A stretch of DNA of 58,402 nucleotides from Octopus bimaculoides (taxonomy: Eukaryota), in assembly GCF_001194135.2 (NCBI RefSeq), contig NC_068982.1, positions 12,355,232 to 12,413,633 on the forward strand, read 5' to 3'. The notes below the pieces were generated by a model. That model was not told the origin of the DNA and did no database searches. It saw only the letters and a program-made list of their open reading frames with translations. The translations under genes were made by a program, and so were the position numbers. This document shows positions 11,112-23,914 of this stretch, in pieces. Numbering within the stretch: position 1 is the stretch's first letter; each line of letters opens with the position of its first letter.

Positions 11112-11645
11112 CACACATGATGAGCTTTCAGTTTCTGTTGACCAGATTCACTCGGCTTTTGTTGACCTGAAACCATGTGGTTGGGAAACAAACTTCTTAC
11201 CGTACTAACATATGCGTGTGTATGTATGTATGTTAGTATTTAAGGATTTCATTAAGCTTCCAGTCAAGTAGCCCAAATGTATCTATGTGTATGTATGTAC
11301 TTATTTATGTATGTACATGTGTATGTATTTATTGGTGTATGTATGTACGTACATACATACATATGTATGTATGTATGCATGCATGTACGTACATATGTAC
11401 ATATGTATGTATGCATGTATATAGAAATAGCTCTGCTAAATTATTAGCATAGATGCGCACACATAACTAAATACTATTCATTAATTTTTGAGATCATCAT
11501 CATCACCATCATCCCTCCCCCCATCATCATCATCATTAGTTGGTCCGGGGATATAGTAGAAGACATTTGCCCAAGGTGCTGTTCAATGAGACAAAACCAA
11601 AAACCAATTGGTCACAAAGCAAGCTTCTTAACCACACAGCCATAC
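11110..11645 (-). mobile_element. Two decayed family A SINE 5' fragments separated by simple repeats
   Basis: CTTTCAGTTTCTGTTGACCAGATTCACTC...CTTCTTACC (11120-11205) and GAAGACATTTGCCCAAGGTG...CTTCTTAACCACACAGCC (11555-11642). Confidence 0.65.
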
Positions 11646-12183
11646 CTGCACCTGTATATAACATTTAGGCCATGGAACAGCACCAGGTGTAATATTTTGT
11701 CTTAGAGAAACAATTCAAATAGACATCTGTGCAAAAACTTTATTTTTGTACACACCTGGTGATCCACCAGCATTCTGAACAAAGGCCTGTATTTTTAGCA
11801 TGTTAGAGACTCTTTGAGAGACTAAATCTTACCATTTATTGCTGTTCCATAATTATATTCCCATTACGAATATTATACACACCAATATTCTAATCTAAGG
11901 TTGTTTCAAGTGCACATATTATTCAACAAAACAGTGAAAAGTATTTTGTCCAGCGCTCTACTGACTCTGATATTTACTTCCTTTGTGAACTTCAGTCTTG
12001 TAAGATAAGATGAAAAAATTAACAGACATGAGGCAGATAACATCGTGAGACTTGGAAAGTAACTCCTTGTCTGATAACCTTAAATACATACTCTAAGAAG
12101 TTGCCTGACTCTACCGCATTATATCATCAGATGAAAGCATGAGCATATATCACTAGAAGACCATGCATGGCTATGTTAGCAGT

Positions 12184-12362
12184 ACTAGTGTAGCTTAAGG
12201 GGTGGGGAGAGGTAGAGGCTGTCCACCCTGGGTTGCACTTTTAAAGGGGCAGCACTTTTGGGTCTGCTGTAGGCAATATGTGTTTTTTTTGTGGGGTTTG
12301 GAGGGGGGTGTGGCAAGCGGAAGGGCCACTCCGGACAGCACACACTCAAGCTACACTAGCGG
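12184..12362. mobile_element. Short TIR element (hAT-like MITE, decayed)
   Basis: CTAGTGTAGCTT at left and AAGCTACACTAG at right, GC-rich interior. Confidence 0.45.
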
Positions 12363-12394
12363 TAAGCAGGAAGCTCCAGGAGGAAAGTACCATT

Positions 12395-13510
12395 AATAAT
12401 CAAAGTAGTTTATTATGGACCAACAACTGGATTACTGACTCCCACTTGGAAGGGTATGCATTTGCAATCCAGGAACACAAAAGGGTCAGAATCATAAGAA
12501 ACACACCAAAATGTAGTAACCGATGCAGACTTTGTGGAGTTAACGCTGAAAATATCACCCACCATAAGCAGTTGTCCAAAAATGTTATCATGGTATTATC
12601 TTCCAGTGAGACATGATGCTGTAGCTAAGGCACTGTATAATTTGATCTGTTATAAGAATAACCCTGAAGAAATAAGAACCCACAGTTTGATAGAGGCCAT
12701 AACCACTCAAAATAAGAAGACGTACCTGTGAAGTGTCCCCGTGAAAACCTTAGTAAAATGTAAACATAATACACCTGACATAGTAATTTGGAAAAGAGAA
12801 GAGAAACTGTGTACTGTAGTGGAAATTAACTGCCCAGCAGATGTCAACATAAAGCTGAAGATCAGTGAAAAAGAGAATATCTATGCTGAACTATTGAGAA
12901 ATCTGTAGCTATCTACCCAGATTACAAGTTCAGGTTTATACCTGCAATTACTGGGGCACTGGGATATGTAATACACTGCCTAAGTACCAATCTTGAGAAA
13001 TTAGGCTTCTCAAAACCAGAAAGGACAAAGCTGATTCAAAGACCATGAATTCAATCCATCACTGGAACTGTACAATTCTGTAAAACTTTCTTAAGTTTGC
13101 AGTGTGGAAGGTGTTTATAAGCCATTTAAGAAACACACAAAAACTGTTAGATTCACTTCAATATTTAAATTTAATTTGCCAAAATATTTTTGTCGCTTTG
13201 AGACTGCAACCTGTTCACTGACAAAATTCCGTGCTGCTCCAGCACATGATCTCAGATCAGGTCGCTTGCTATGCAAGTATATCTCCATAATTTCTGAAGT
13301 TTATTATTTAAGTATATATGAGCATGCGAATGCATACATAAAACAAAACCTACGAACCTACACATACATTGACTTTGAATATGGCTCATATACACATACA
13401 TACATACAAAATTACACTGTTGTTGATGTTAAGATGCCAGTGAATCTAGCCTTGGATCTAGGTTAGAAACCAACTCTTTCTCTATTTGCAAGAAATCTTG
13501 AAATAAAACT
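12395..13510 (+). mobile_element. R4/Dong-like LINE 3' region: CCHC knuckle, RLE and 3'UTR, frameshifted
   Basis: SHLEGYAFAIQE, CRLCG...ENITH/ISSCPKM...RHDAVAKALY, PDIVIW...CTVVEINCPAD...EKENIY. Confidence 0.85.
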
Positions 13511-15907
13511 GAATAATGACACATATACACACATACATACACACCTATGTACATATATACACGCATACATACTAACATACATACACACACAAACATATAT
13601 ACACATGTACATATATAGATAATATATATATACATATTTACATACATATGTACATACATGCACAAACACACAGAGAACACACTCACCCCCCATGTATATA
13701 TATATTTGGTGGTGGAGGGTTCTATAACATTCTATAACTCTGCAAACTTTTAGAGAGATTGATAAATCGTTAGAAATTATATTTGTTTCACTTCAAGTGC
13801 TCTCATCTGTAAAAGTACCAAATTTTAAGTCTGGAACTTTAAAATACTCTTCCACTGTTTTAAAATTGCTAAATCATTCCATTTAAAGAGATAAAAAATA
13901 AGCATATATGAAAAGAAACTAAATAACACAGAGAAATGACCACACACAGAAAACTATTTATTTATTATTTTTATACCGGAATAAAATATCAACTTTCAAA
14001 TATCAAAAATCTGTATTTTCACGAACAGGCTGAGATTACTAGATTAATAATGTATTTTATGCTCAATTTTAAGTGCATGTTTTCACTTACTTTTGAACCA
14101 ATCCAACACAACTTCCCAATTTTTAGCATACGTTGTTTTTGCTTAGACTGTATTTAAACCAAAGAACTCTATAGAATTTAAAATATTTTAATAGTATGCT
14201 TCATGGGAATCTTTATTCTTTTGTGGGCATGGCCTTGTGTTTTAGAAATTTATTTCACAAGCATGTAGTTATGGGTTCAAAGCCACTGCATGGCACCTTC
14301 GGCTAATGCCTTCTGCTATAGCCTCAAATTGACCAATTCTTCATAAGTGAAAATGGTTGACAGTAACAGTGTGGAGCTTATATATATATATATATATATA
14401 TATATNNNNNNNNNNNNNNNNNNNNNNNNNNNNNNNNNNNNNNNNNNNNNNNNNNNNNNNNNNNNNNNNNNNNNNNNNNNNNNNNNNNNNNNNNNNNNNN
14501 NNNNNNNNNNNNNNNNNNNNNNNNNNNNNNNNNNNNNNNNNNNNNNNNNNNNNNNNNNNNNNNNNNNNNNNNNNNNNNNNNNNNNNNNNNNNNNNNNNNN
14601 NNNNNNNNNNNNNNNNNNNNNNNNNNNNNNNNNNNNNNATATATATATATATATATATATATAATAACTCCATGTTTGAAGAGAGGTGTGGTTTGGTGGT
14701 AGAAATAGAATCTGACCAAAGAAAATTTGCTTCTGTGAATTTTGTTTGACCCATGAAAGCATGGAATATTGATTATCAAAACAATGATGATGATGTGTGT
14801 GTGTGCAACATGTAAAAACTGGATATAAAAAATGATAATTAAGATTTGCTGAATCTTACAAGGGTCAATTGGCCTTAGTTTTTACAACATAGTCAGAAGA
14901 GGAAGAATAGTGTCCATTATCTTTTTTGCAAAATCTTCAAGACTGTCAGATGTGAAACAGAAACTGAGGACTTAGTTTTGATGTTTGCAACATAGAGGGC
15001 ACCACTAAAGGTGCTCAGGGACCAGGTGGCAGCATTAAACCAGATGATGCAAGTATGTCTAAAATAAGAGTTACAAGGTTTATATCTTTCAAGCCACACA
15101 AATAAAAGGAAATACTTTGTCTACAGTCGGAAATTGAAGAAGCAACAGTCTTCAACACATACCAGCATTTTTAATTCTATTTAAATGATACTGACTTTTA
15201 TATAGTTGTGGGTCTTCACCCATCCGTTCAGGTCAGGCAACTTGGCTGGATCAATGTAATTGTTCTACTCTAGACATCCCAATCGAGTGATGTGGCACGA
15301 ATGTCTGGCTTGGATTTTAGTGACGTTGGTCTTTCTCAAGCTGAAATATCTCATCTGTGACTACCAGGACCACAGATGTTAGCAACAATTCAATAACTAA
15401 ACTGGTCACCCCTGGCCTTTGGCAGCTTTTTATCTGTTCATCTACTCAGCATTTAGTCATTATTTGCCATTAAGTTCATCTGCCAAAATAGTTTACAACC
15501 ACCATGCTGTATCCCATGATTTTAAATTACTTTGGCTTTGGTGTTTAGATGCTATTTAATCCAAGGCTGGGACCTCGACAGGAACTACTACTCCAGGTCA
15601 GAGTAGACCTTGGAACAATAATAGATCAGAGGTGGTTCTCCATTCCTCAAAACCTGGGAACTCCTAAACCAGGACTCCAATACAAGATGCAGTCCAAAGC
15701 CATACCCAGAACTTAAGGAATAAATATTTTCCTTTGTGATGTTTCTGTAATATAAGTGAGTGTAACACAAAATAAATATCCAATAAAAAAAAAATGATTG
15801 CTGCCATAGAATATTGGTACTGAAGTTTTATTAACAGCTTGAAACGTATCTTTTACTGTTATACTGGATTAATATTTTTTGTTACTTTTAGGAATATTAT
15901 AAATATT

Positions 15908-16245
15908 CTTCTTCTTCCTGTTCCATGCCTATGATCATGAACCCTTGCCCTTCTCTCCTATGCACAGCTAAACACATTATTGGGTTAGTCTTCAGTTAAC
16001 ATCTGGTGTGGTCGTTTCAGTTTCTTTCTTTTTCTTGGCTTCTTTTTCCTGTCAGTTTTCCAGTGGTCACCAAGCATTCAATGCTTTGTCTTCCCAAATA
16101 CTGTCTCCCTATCTTATTAGGTTTGCTAGCAGTTTTTGCTCATCTGAGGATTTCAACGATTGTTAACTTTGTAAAATATCATCTGTATTTGTCTAAGGAG
16201 CCACATCTTAACCATCAGATAGAGATATTAACAATTCTAGTATGA
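15908..16245 (-). mobile_element. RTE LINE 3' end with a (GAA)n tail
   Basis: IECLVTTGKLTGKRSQ matches the RTE C-terminal LEHLVTTGKIEGKRSRGR motif; ends GAAGAAGAA. Confidence 0.7.
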
Positions 16246-16589
16246 TGAAGCATAAGTCTTTATTTTATTTTATTTTATTTTGAGGATGAATAAATTTGTA
16301 TTACATTTTCTTTGTATATCTTAAATGTTTTTATAAATCTTGACAAATATTTTTGTTAACAACTAAAATAAAATTGTATATTGCATAAAAACAAAATATA
16401 TTTAGTTTAGATAAAATTTGTTATCAAAACCAATTTCTTTCTAAACCAATTCGTTTCCTTCTGTAGAACTGTGTATAATACTAAAAGCAATGCAAAAGTA
16501 GACATAATGTTTTTTTATTTACTGACATAATTCGTTCACGTGGCAAATAGTAGCAGAGTAACTTTTCCTCTATACAAAGATGCTACAAA

Positions 16590-17570
16590 ACAGAGCCACC
16601 ATCATAAGTGTTGCATTTGCATCACCAATGAACTCAGCTTTCGAATCCTCTTTTGTAAAATTCCAACTGGTACACTGTTATGCTTTCATTTCTCCAGTGT
16701 CATCAAATCATTATCCTCAAAGACTGTCCTTCATTAGATCCCGTGTGTGAAAATCTGAGGACATCAAATCTGAGCTGAATGATGGATGGAGACAACTGAC
16801 CAGCCCAATTTGCCAATTTGCTAATTGGTTGATTTGAAAAGTCATTTATTGTCATAATGAATGTTGATTGTTTTCAGTTTTTTTCTGTCTCTTCCTCCAA
16901 ATGGTTTTTCTAAGCTTTTTCTGTATCTCTGTGCAGTGCTCATTGCTCATACTATAGCCATGCTTCAGAAAATCAAAGAGAATAATGCACTTGTAACCCT
17001 CCAAAACATTTACCATGACTTTCTGTGCCAATTGATAACTCTTGAACTTCTTGGAATTTTGCAGAATAGTTGTGATGCAGTTCCATATATTGAACCTTTA
17101 ATTTCAGATTATAAAGATATGTCTATATTTCACCCCCACCCTGTCACCAGATTGAAAAGAAATTTGTCTTTATTAGCTTCAAGCACTAACAGCAGATCAG
17201 ATCAAACTTCCACCTTTCTCACCTCCTCCAGACTGAGTACCAGTTGCTGAGGTATCTCACAGTATGCAGTTCCTGATGCCCAAAGACTTCTCCAATGCAT
17301 TGTGAGTTTAATTGTGCAGCAAGCTCATGGTTTATGATTCATCTGACTGCACAAATTGATTCATCCACTCACTGGCAATTTAAGTCAGTGATCACAGTCG
17401 ATGGACTCTCACTGCATGGTGTGTCTTTGATGCTGGTTTACTCTTCTTTAAACTTCTTCATCTGTGCACATAGCTCTTGTCAGTGGTGTCATCTCTAGAA
17501 ACAAACTGTAGTCTTTTCTGAATGTCAGACAGTCTGCATTCTCCTTCAATGATGGCGTGTTGTCTGCAAT
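16590..17570 (-). mobile_element. Degraded mariner transposase, near full length
   Basis: RQHAIIE...IQKRL, LVTG, SKKFKSYQLAQKVMV...IILFDFLKHG...KLRKTIWRKR, and HPSFSSDLMSSDFH (HPPYSPDLAPSDF motif); many stops. Confidence 0.85.
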
Positions 17571-17899
17571 TAGAAAACATTATTTGCCTGCAATAAAGAA
17601 CAAGAAGAGTTACTTTACTAACATGTACAATTTAGATGATTTACATCATATAATAATAGAACTTTATTCACTTTTGCATTTCTTTTGATAGTAAAACCCT
17701 TGTAGCTGAGCTACTCTTATCAACTCATATTCCCTAACATTGTGTCCTTTAGACTATTTTCTTCATGTTTCAGAATATTGCTCAAGCCTTGAGTCAAAAG
17801 GCCCTTTTAAATAATATGCATGGAATATTGAAAACTTGGATTATTTTTATAAAGTAGTTTTACAGATTTAGTAGCAATAGAAAATGTTGAGGGATTTTG

Positions 17900-19680
17900 G
17901 AACTCGAAATAAAGTATTTTATGTTGCATTCATAATTAATTACTAGAGAGACCAAACAATATGAGTGAAGCATGCTTTAACAAACGAAAGTTCAATAGAA
18001 TCCCTGACGGGTTATTGTAATTCATTTTATTCTGATAATGATTACAGTCAATGAGAAACTTATGATTGCTTTTTTTCTTTGCCAATCCTTGCATACAAAG
18101 ATGTGTGCTTGAAAGAACATAATGTGGGTCGTTTTCAACTTCCAATCAATCTACTTCATTACTTCATTTTCAGTTTCCAGAGAGTCGGAAAGCTTGACTC
18201 ACAAAGTTACTTTGACACAAACAGAAACAATATATGTATAGTTCTTTCTGCTACATTTGTTTAGAAACAACACATCAAAGGCCAAAATTCTTATTGATTT
18301 CTCATCATACCTATCTCTTGCTCCTGAATCATTCTTCAGCTCCAGAAATTTATCTTAATAATCTTCAGGAACTTTTCAACTGACAATTTAGATGGATTTT
18401 GCACTATATTAAACTCTTTATCTCTGAATTCAGGAAAATATCAGCTGAATTCATTTTCCAATGCTGTCAGATGATGAAAAATTTCATCTTTCACAAATTC
18501 TGGAAACACTTGGTCTTTGCCACTAACAATAAGAATTGATGACAGTTTCTTAAACTGTTCATACGCTCTTTTCCAATTTTTCAGTTTGCTCATGAAAGCT
18601 TCCAAAGAATCATTGCATTTTATGATGTTTTTATTATTTCTTTGCATTTGAAGATAGCTTATTCTGCTGCTCAATGATATCAACCAAGCAGGCTAGGTTT
18701 GTGATTCTCTCTTCATCTTTTAGCCAGACAAAAAATTCCATCTTTCTCTGAATTAAAAAGAAAAAAGAAAAAAAAAAACAAACCCCAAACAAACTGAGAT
18801 CCTCTCCAAGTTCAAATATTTCCTTCAATTACATTTCCACTTGAAATCCATTGGACATTTGTATGGTAAGGACGTAAATGATCTTTGCATCACTGTCAAT
18901 ATTTAACTGATTAAAGATTTGAAAGTTTCCAATTTGACTAACTTCACAATTTGCATTGTTTTGACAGAAAACGTTTCCTAGAAGAGATGGAAATGTTTTT
19001 GAAGCTGGCGCCTGATCGTGCAGTAAATATCTTTCCCTTTTGAAGGTTTCTTTTTTTAAGCAAACTTGACTTCTAGATTTTGTTCCAAGCAAAGCAGCTG
19101 CACCATCCCACAGATGATTTTTCTGATTCCATAAAGCCTTTTCCAAAACACCTGAGAGTTTGGTAGTTGTTTCGGGAAGAACACAAAAGTGAAACTTCTC
19201 TTTAAATAAATCTAAGCAAACATATCTTACAAATGCTAGAACCTGGGAGTATGAAGATACATTAATTGCATCAAGTTAAATTTTGGTCTCTAGCACAAAT
19301 TAATCCTAAGGTCAAAGACTCTGTAACTACTTTTCCTTTGAACAATACTGTTTGATAGCGAAACTGTTACAAGGTTTTTTCCAACCATTCCCAATACAAG
19401 TTCCACCATTCTGAGGACCCAAGGTTTAATCCAAATGACCTCAATTGCATGTTGCTGCTTTTTTTTTCTGCTTTGAAATCTCCTCTGCTACAACATTAGA
19501 AACTTCAACAGAACTTTTACTTTATTCCATAGCATTTCCCTGTTGAATCCAGTTTCATCTTTTCAAGAACAACATGTTCAAAAAGTCTATTGTACTTGTC
19601 CATTTGTTAAGGACGAACATTCTGCTAATGTTGCCCTTAAATTGATTGGTTTCATGGAATCATTTGACAAAGTTTTGTTA
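17900..19680 (-). mobile_element. Degraded hAT (Buster/Charlie, GTF2IRD2-like) transposase
   Basis: LSNDSMKP, MKLDSTG, DGAAALLG, HDQAPASKT, LACLVDI, HLTALENEF, SSTHLC (hATC domain), spread across frameshifts. Confidence 0.85.
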
Positions 19681-19984
19681 CCAACAACACATTGTGGTTT
19701 TTCTGATCCTTGAATGATGGCAAATGTCAATCCACATTGCATACATATGAATCATCACACCCCACCACCTCCATTTATTTACTCTCATGATGATGGCTTC
19801 AGAATACAGCGAACAGAAAAGCTTGAACTCTTTCTGCACATAAAAAAGAAATGAATTATTTATCTTTATTTTTAATTCAGTTTGTGTTAAATTAAAAATA
19901 AACTTGAAACTAAAATTCTCCCCAAGAGTGAAGTATTCTCTCCACTTATTGACTAAAATCATATCACATATCAGTGTGAAAGCA

Positions 19985-20303
19985 TGCTGATTTATGATTT
20001 GGGTATTTAGCTCACAGACGTAAGGTTGTGAGTTCGATTCCCAGTGGCACATTGCATCCTTGAGCAAGACACTTTATTTCACGTTACTCCAGTCCATACA
20101 GCTAGCAAAAATGAGTTGTGCCTGTATTTCAAGGAGCCAGTCCTTTTGTCACATTCTGTATCATGCTGAATGTCCCTGAGAACTATGTTTAGGGTATGTG
20201 TATCTGTGGTGTACTCAACCACATGCACATTAATTTCATGAACAGGATGTTTCATTCACTGAATCAACTGGAAACCCTCATCAATGTCACTAATGAAGTG
20301 CCA
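19985..20303 (+). mobile_element. tRNA-derived SINE (family B central domain plus tail T)
   Basis: GAGTTCGATTCC B box, CCTTGAGCAAGACACTTTATTTCACG, tail shared with 31303-31674 and 57590-57812. Confidence 0.8.
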
Positions 20304-20541
20304 GTTCAGTTATCACATATTAATGGGTAGAAGAGTTATATTTCATAAGCAGCTTTTATGTATTTGGTGTCCTAAAATATGAATGATAGGGAATATCAAT
20401 GAAGTTGATAATATAATTAGTATTGTTCTGCATGGTCAAGTTATAGATACATTCTACTTCAATTATTTTCTACATTAGTTACAAAAAATGAAAAAAGGAA
20501 GAGCAGAAAATGCAGTCATGCTCTGCAACTTCAAAATGATA

Positions 20542-20747
20542 GTAAAGATTGTTTGCCAACATCACATGGCATCCTGGTTTAGGATGAATGTTGCTGTAAT
20601 TCAGCCTCAAGAGACAACGTCTCCAGCTGGCTATACAACACGATCTGTGTCTTATAGCCAGCTGGAGACAATACCTCCTGGGGCTAAATTACAGCAACAT
20701 TCATTCTAAACCAGGACTGTCATGTTATGTTGGCAAACAATCTTTAC
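20542..20747. mobile_element. 206-bp palindromic MITE with TA target duplication
   Basis: TA|GTAAAGATTGTTTGCCAAC...GTTGGCAAACAATCTTTAC|TA; arms about 95 bp, roughly 87% complementary, 17-nt loop. Confidence 0.85.
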
Positions 20748-22296
20748 TACAAAGTACTGTTACAGAATATCTCACGTTGTGAGATTTAAAAATAGTAATT
20801 TTCTTCAGAATGATAGTTTTAATGTTTCCTTGATCCTTGTTGTCAAAAAGATGGACTATACTGCTGTATATCCTTTAGAAACAACATATTGACTGTTTCT
20901 TACATTCAAAACAAAGCCAAAGAATCGTCGTTTTCTCTAATTTAGAATATCACTTTTCTAGATATTTGTTTCCTTCTGCTCGAAGGGTTGACAATATCAT
21001 TGACCATATTTGTGTAATGTATGAAAAAACATGACGTAGAGGTTTTCAAACTTCCTGTTCTATCATCAACAGTTCTCTTGACTAAATGTTAAGAACATAT
21101 TTCGAAGGGGAAAACATTAGTATTGCTATAAGCTTTTTGATTTTGCTTTTTGTTCATAAAAATATCAAAGTTCCATATTCCAGCTTAATTAGTAGCATTT
21201 TCCAATTTAACTCAGAACAATATCAAAAGGGAATATTTTTATCATAGCTTACGATATTTTCTTGTTTTATATAGACAGACATCAAAAAGGAATATTGTAA
21301 AATTACTAATTGTATTTTATTGTTTAGTTCCAAAGAAAGCAGAAAAAGATTTATGTATCTAACTAATTACATTTTCAGTATATTATTTCCCTAAGCATAA
21401 TCATCTTTACCTTTGAAATCTTCTTTAAGATAATTTAACTGCTGTAAGCAAATGCAACAAAAATACCTTAATTTATTATATTACCACTCTGATATTCTCT
21501 TAAAATATTGTTACTTTTATATTATAAATTGATCTGGATCACAGATAGTTCTGTAACCATTATTTATGCTGCCATTACTATCCTATTAATATCACTTACA
21601 TTTTGATTCTAAATAACTTAGTGAGCTATCTAGAAAGGAAACGTCTCTGCAGTGTAATCATATCTGCTTTGTTTAGTTCTGCTTTAAATCATGTTCTGGT
21701 CTTTGGAAATACTTTCAAGGCATCAAGTGAATTGCTTGGAGAATTCTGAAATAAAAACTATATTGAAAAATACTGTCACTGCAGAAGATAAATATGATCA
21801 AATTAAAAAAAATATATAAATAAATAAGGAATAGTATTAGTTGTATTGCAATGAAAGAGGCTTATAGCTATTTATATTAACTGGTAATACTGATCATGTG
21901 ATAATGTCGTAAGAATAGAAACCTAGAAATGATATTGTTGCAGTATTGCAGGAAGTAAAGTTTATTGTTGTATTTCAAGATATTGAAACAAAATGATATT
22001 ATCGGTCATAATAAAGATAAAAATACCTGAGGCAATTTATAGTAAGTCTATAAATATCATATCAAATATGTAGATACTAGAAGGATAATCAATGATATGG
22101 CTATAAATTTGACAAACAACTTTGTAGTATCATTAATTTAGTGTTCAGCATGTTTTATATTGATGATATGTGACAGAAAAGCAATGATATGTGACAGACC
22201 AGAGTATTGTACGAAGCAATGTTATTAAATAAAGAAAATGATAAAGAGAAAACAAAACAAGATAATAAGAAAGCCAAGCTGTGTGGAATACATACA

Positions 22297-22395
<99 letters not shown>

Positions 22396-23029
22396 ATGTA
22401 TGTATATATGATTTATCTAGGAATCCTAATACTGAGTAGGTGCTGCCAAACTTAGATGGAGAGAAACTTTATGTTATTGTTGTTTGAAAAGGCAAATGGA
22501 ATTTTATACTGGGAGACTGAGCAATAAGAAATAAATCAATGAACATGTAGGGATAAATGGAGAAGTTGCTGATTGCATAGCTTACAGTGCTAAATAGCTA
22601 CTGAATATAATTCTACCACAAAGCAAGTAGTTTCAATTCTATCTTCAATACAGATTTTCTGTTGGTGAGTTGAAGATGTACTTTCTAAAAGTGCTTATGT
22701 ATCACAGTGAAATATATTGAATAGGGTGTTTTTTGAAAGAAATATTTCATTGAAAAGAAAAATTTATCTTAGTATGATAATGTAAATAGCAGTATTTTTG
22801 TAAATATAAAAACACCATAAAAAAAGAAAAAAAAAAGAAGAAAAATGCAGAAAATTCCTAATAAATTGAAAGGAGAAACATACTGAAGAGAGATGTTAAA
22901 TAAGATAAATACTGAATATTTTCCTTTGATTTTGAACATAATTTTTCTTTTAGATTTGGTTTCTAATATTAGTTTCTGTTTGATTTTTAGTGAAAACCTA
23001 AAAATATTCATTATAGATGAACTACTTAC

Positions 23030-23044
23030 TTGAAACTACACTTC
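23030..23044 (-). CDS. Candidate 15-nt microexon (GSVVS if phase 1)
   Basis: tttttttttcag|GAAGTGTAGTTTCAA|gtaagt: strong splice sites and frame-preserving length; no transcript evidence. Confidence 0.3.
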
Positions 23045-23189
23045 CTGAAAAAAAAATTATATTTAAAAACTACTCTTAGACACATTCTTCACTGCATGGC
23101 TCCATTCAACTTTTAATCAATTTAGATTTTGGATTGCTTTCCTTAATAAGTATCATCATTAAAACTAATTACTTTTCTTTTTCTCAAAG

Positions 23190-23680
23190 ACCTACAGTAG
23201 AGTGAATATCTGGTTTCATGTGTTGCATCCACACTGTTCTTCAGAGAATTTGGGCTCAACAGTCTCCCTGCATCTCTTTTTACAGATACCTAGCATAGAT
23301 TTTACTGGGGAAGCTCAGCAAGGATACACCTCTCTAATTAGAGTATTCTCTTGTCTCCCTATTTTAAAAATTGGTTCTATCACCCTGGGTTGCCATTTCA
23401 TTGGTACTTTCCAGAGGTTCGAACCATCTGGCATGATAAGAATGTTGCAGGAAGGAATTGCAAGATGGCTTCTTCAAGTGAACTACTCAGCAGATAACTG
23501 AGGGTTAGACCAAGAATGAGATGGCTGGGTATCACTCATTAATCTCAGCTTGTCATGCTTGGGAATCTAGCCAGTGAGTGAAATGGCAGCTGATTCTTGT
23601 AGGGCCCCATGGAGGAGGTCCCTGGTGATTCTACCCTCATGAATCTCCCAGAAATGGTGAGTGGAGTAAATGGATGGAAG
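23190..23680. mobile_element. RTE LINE with an inverted 5' segment
   Basis: 23190-23440 minus: WKVP..WQ.RVIEPIFK...CRETVEPKFSEEQCG..QIFTL (RT N-terminal part). 23440-23680 plus: RPRMRWL and the 3' end. Confidence 0.7.
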
Positions 23681-23696
23681 AACTTTTCCTCTGACA

Positions 23697-23914
23697 CTTT
23701 AATATTCAAACCAGTTATATCAAGCCCAAATATTCTATCTTACTTGCATTCAAAGTGGCCAGGTCAGGCCTCACACACTTACCATACGATGTCATTCTAA
23801 AAATAAATGATCACATCATTGAAATCTCAAAGCTACGAGATAATGTATGATAAATTCAAAACAATGTGAATAAATAAGCATTACATTTGACAGAGTAATC
23901 TGAATGCTAAGGAG
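23697..23914. mobile_element. piggyBac-like MITE, left end decayed
   Basis: Right end GTAATCTGAATGCTAAGGAG|TTAA; interior homologous to 7739-8114. Confidence 0.6.

Noticed and set aside
21600-21745. 146-nt segment with a strong acceptor and donor on the minus strand
   Set aside because: Stops in all three frames; cannot be supported as coding and there is no evidence for a non-coding exon.
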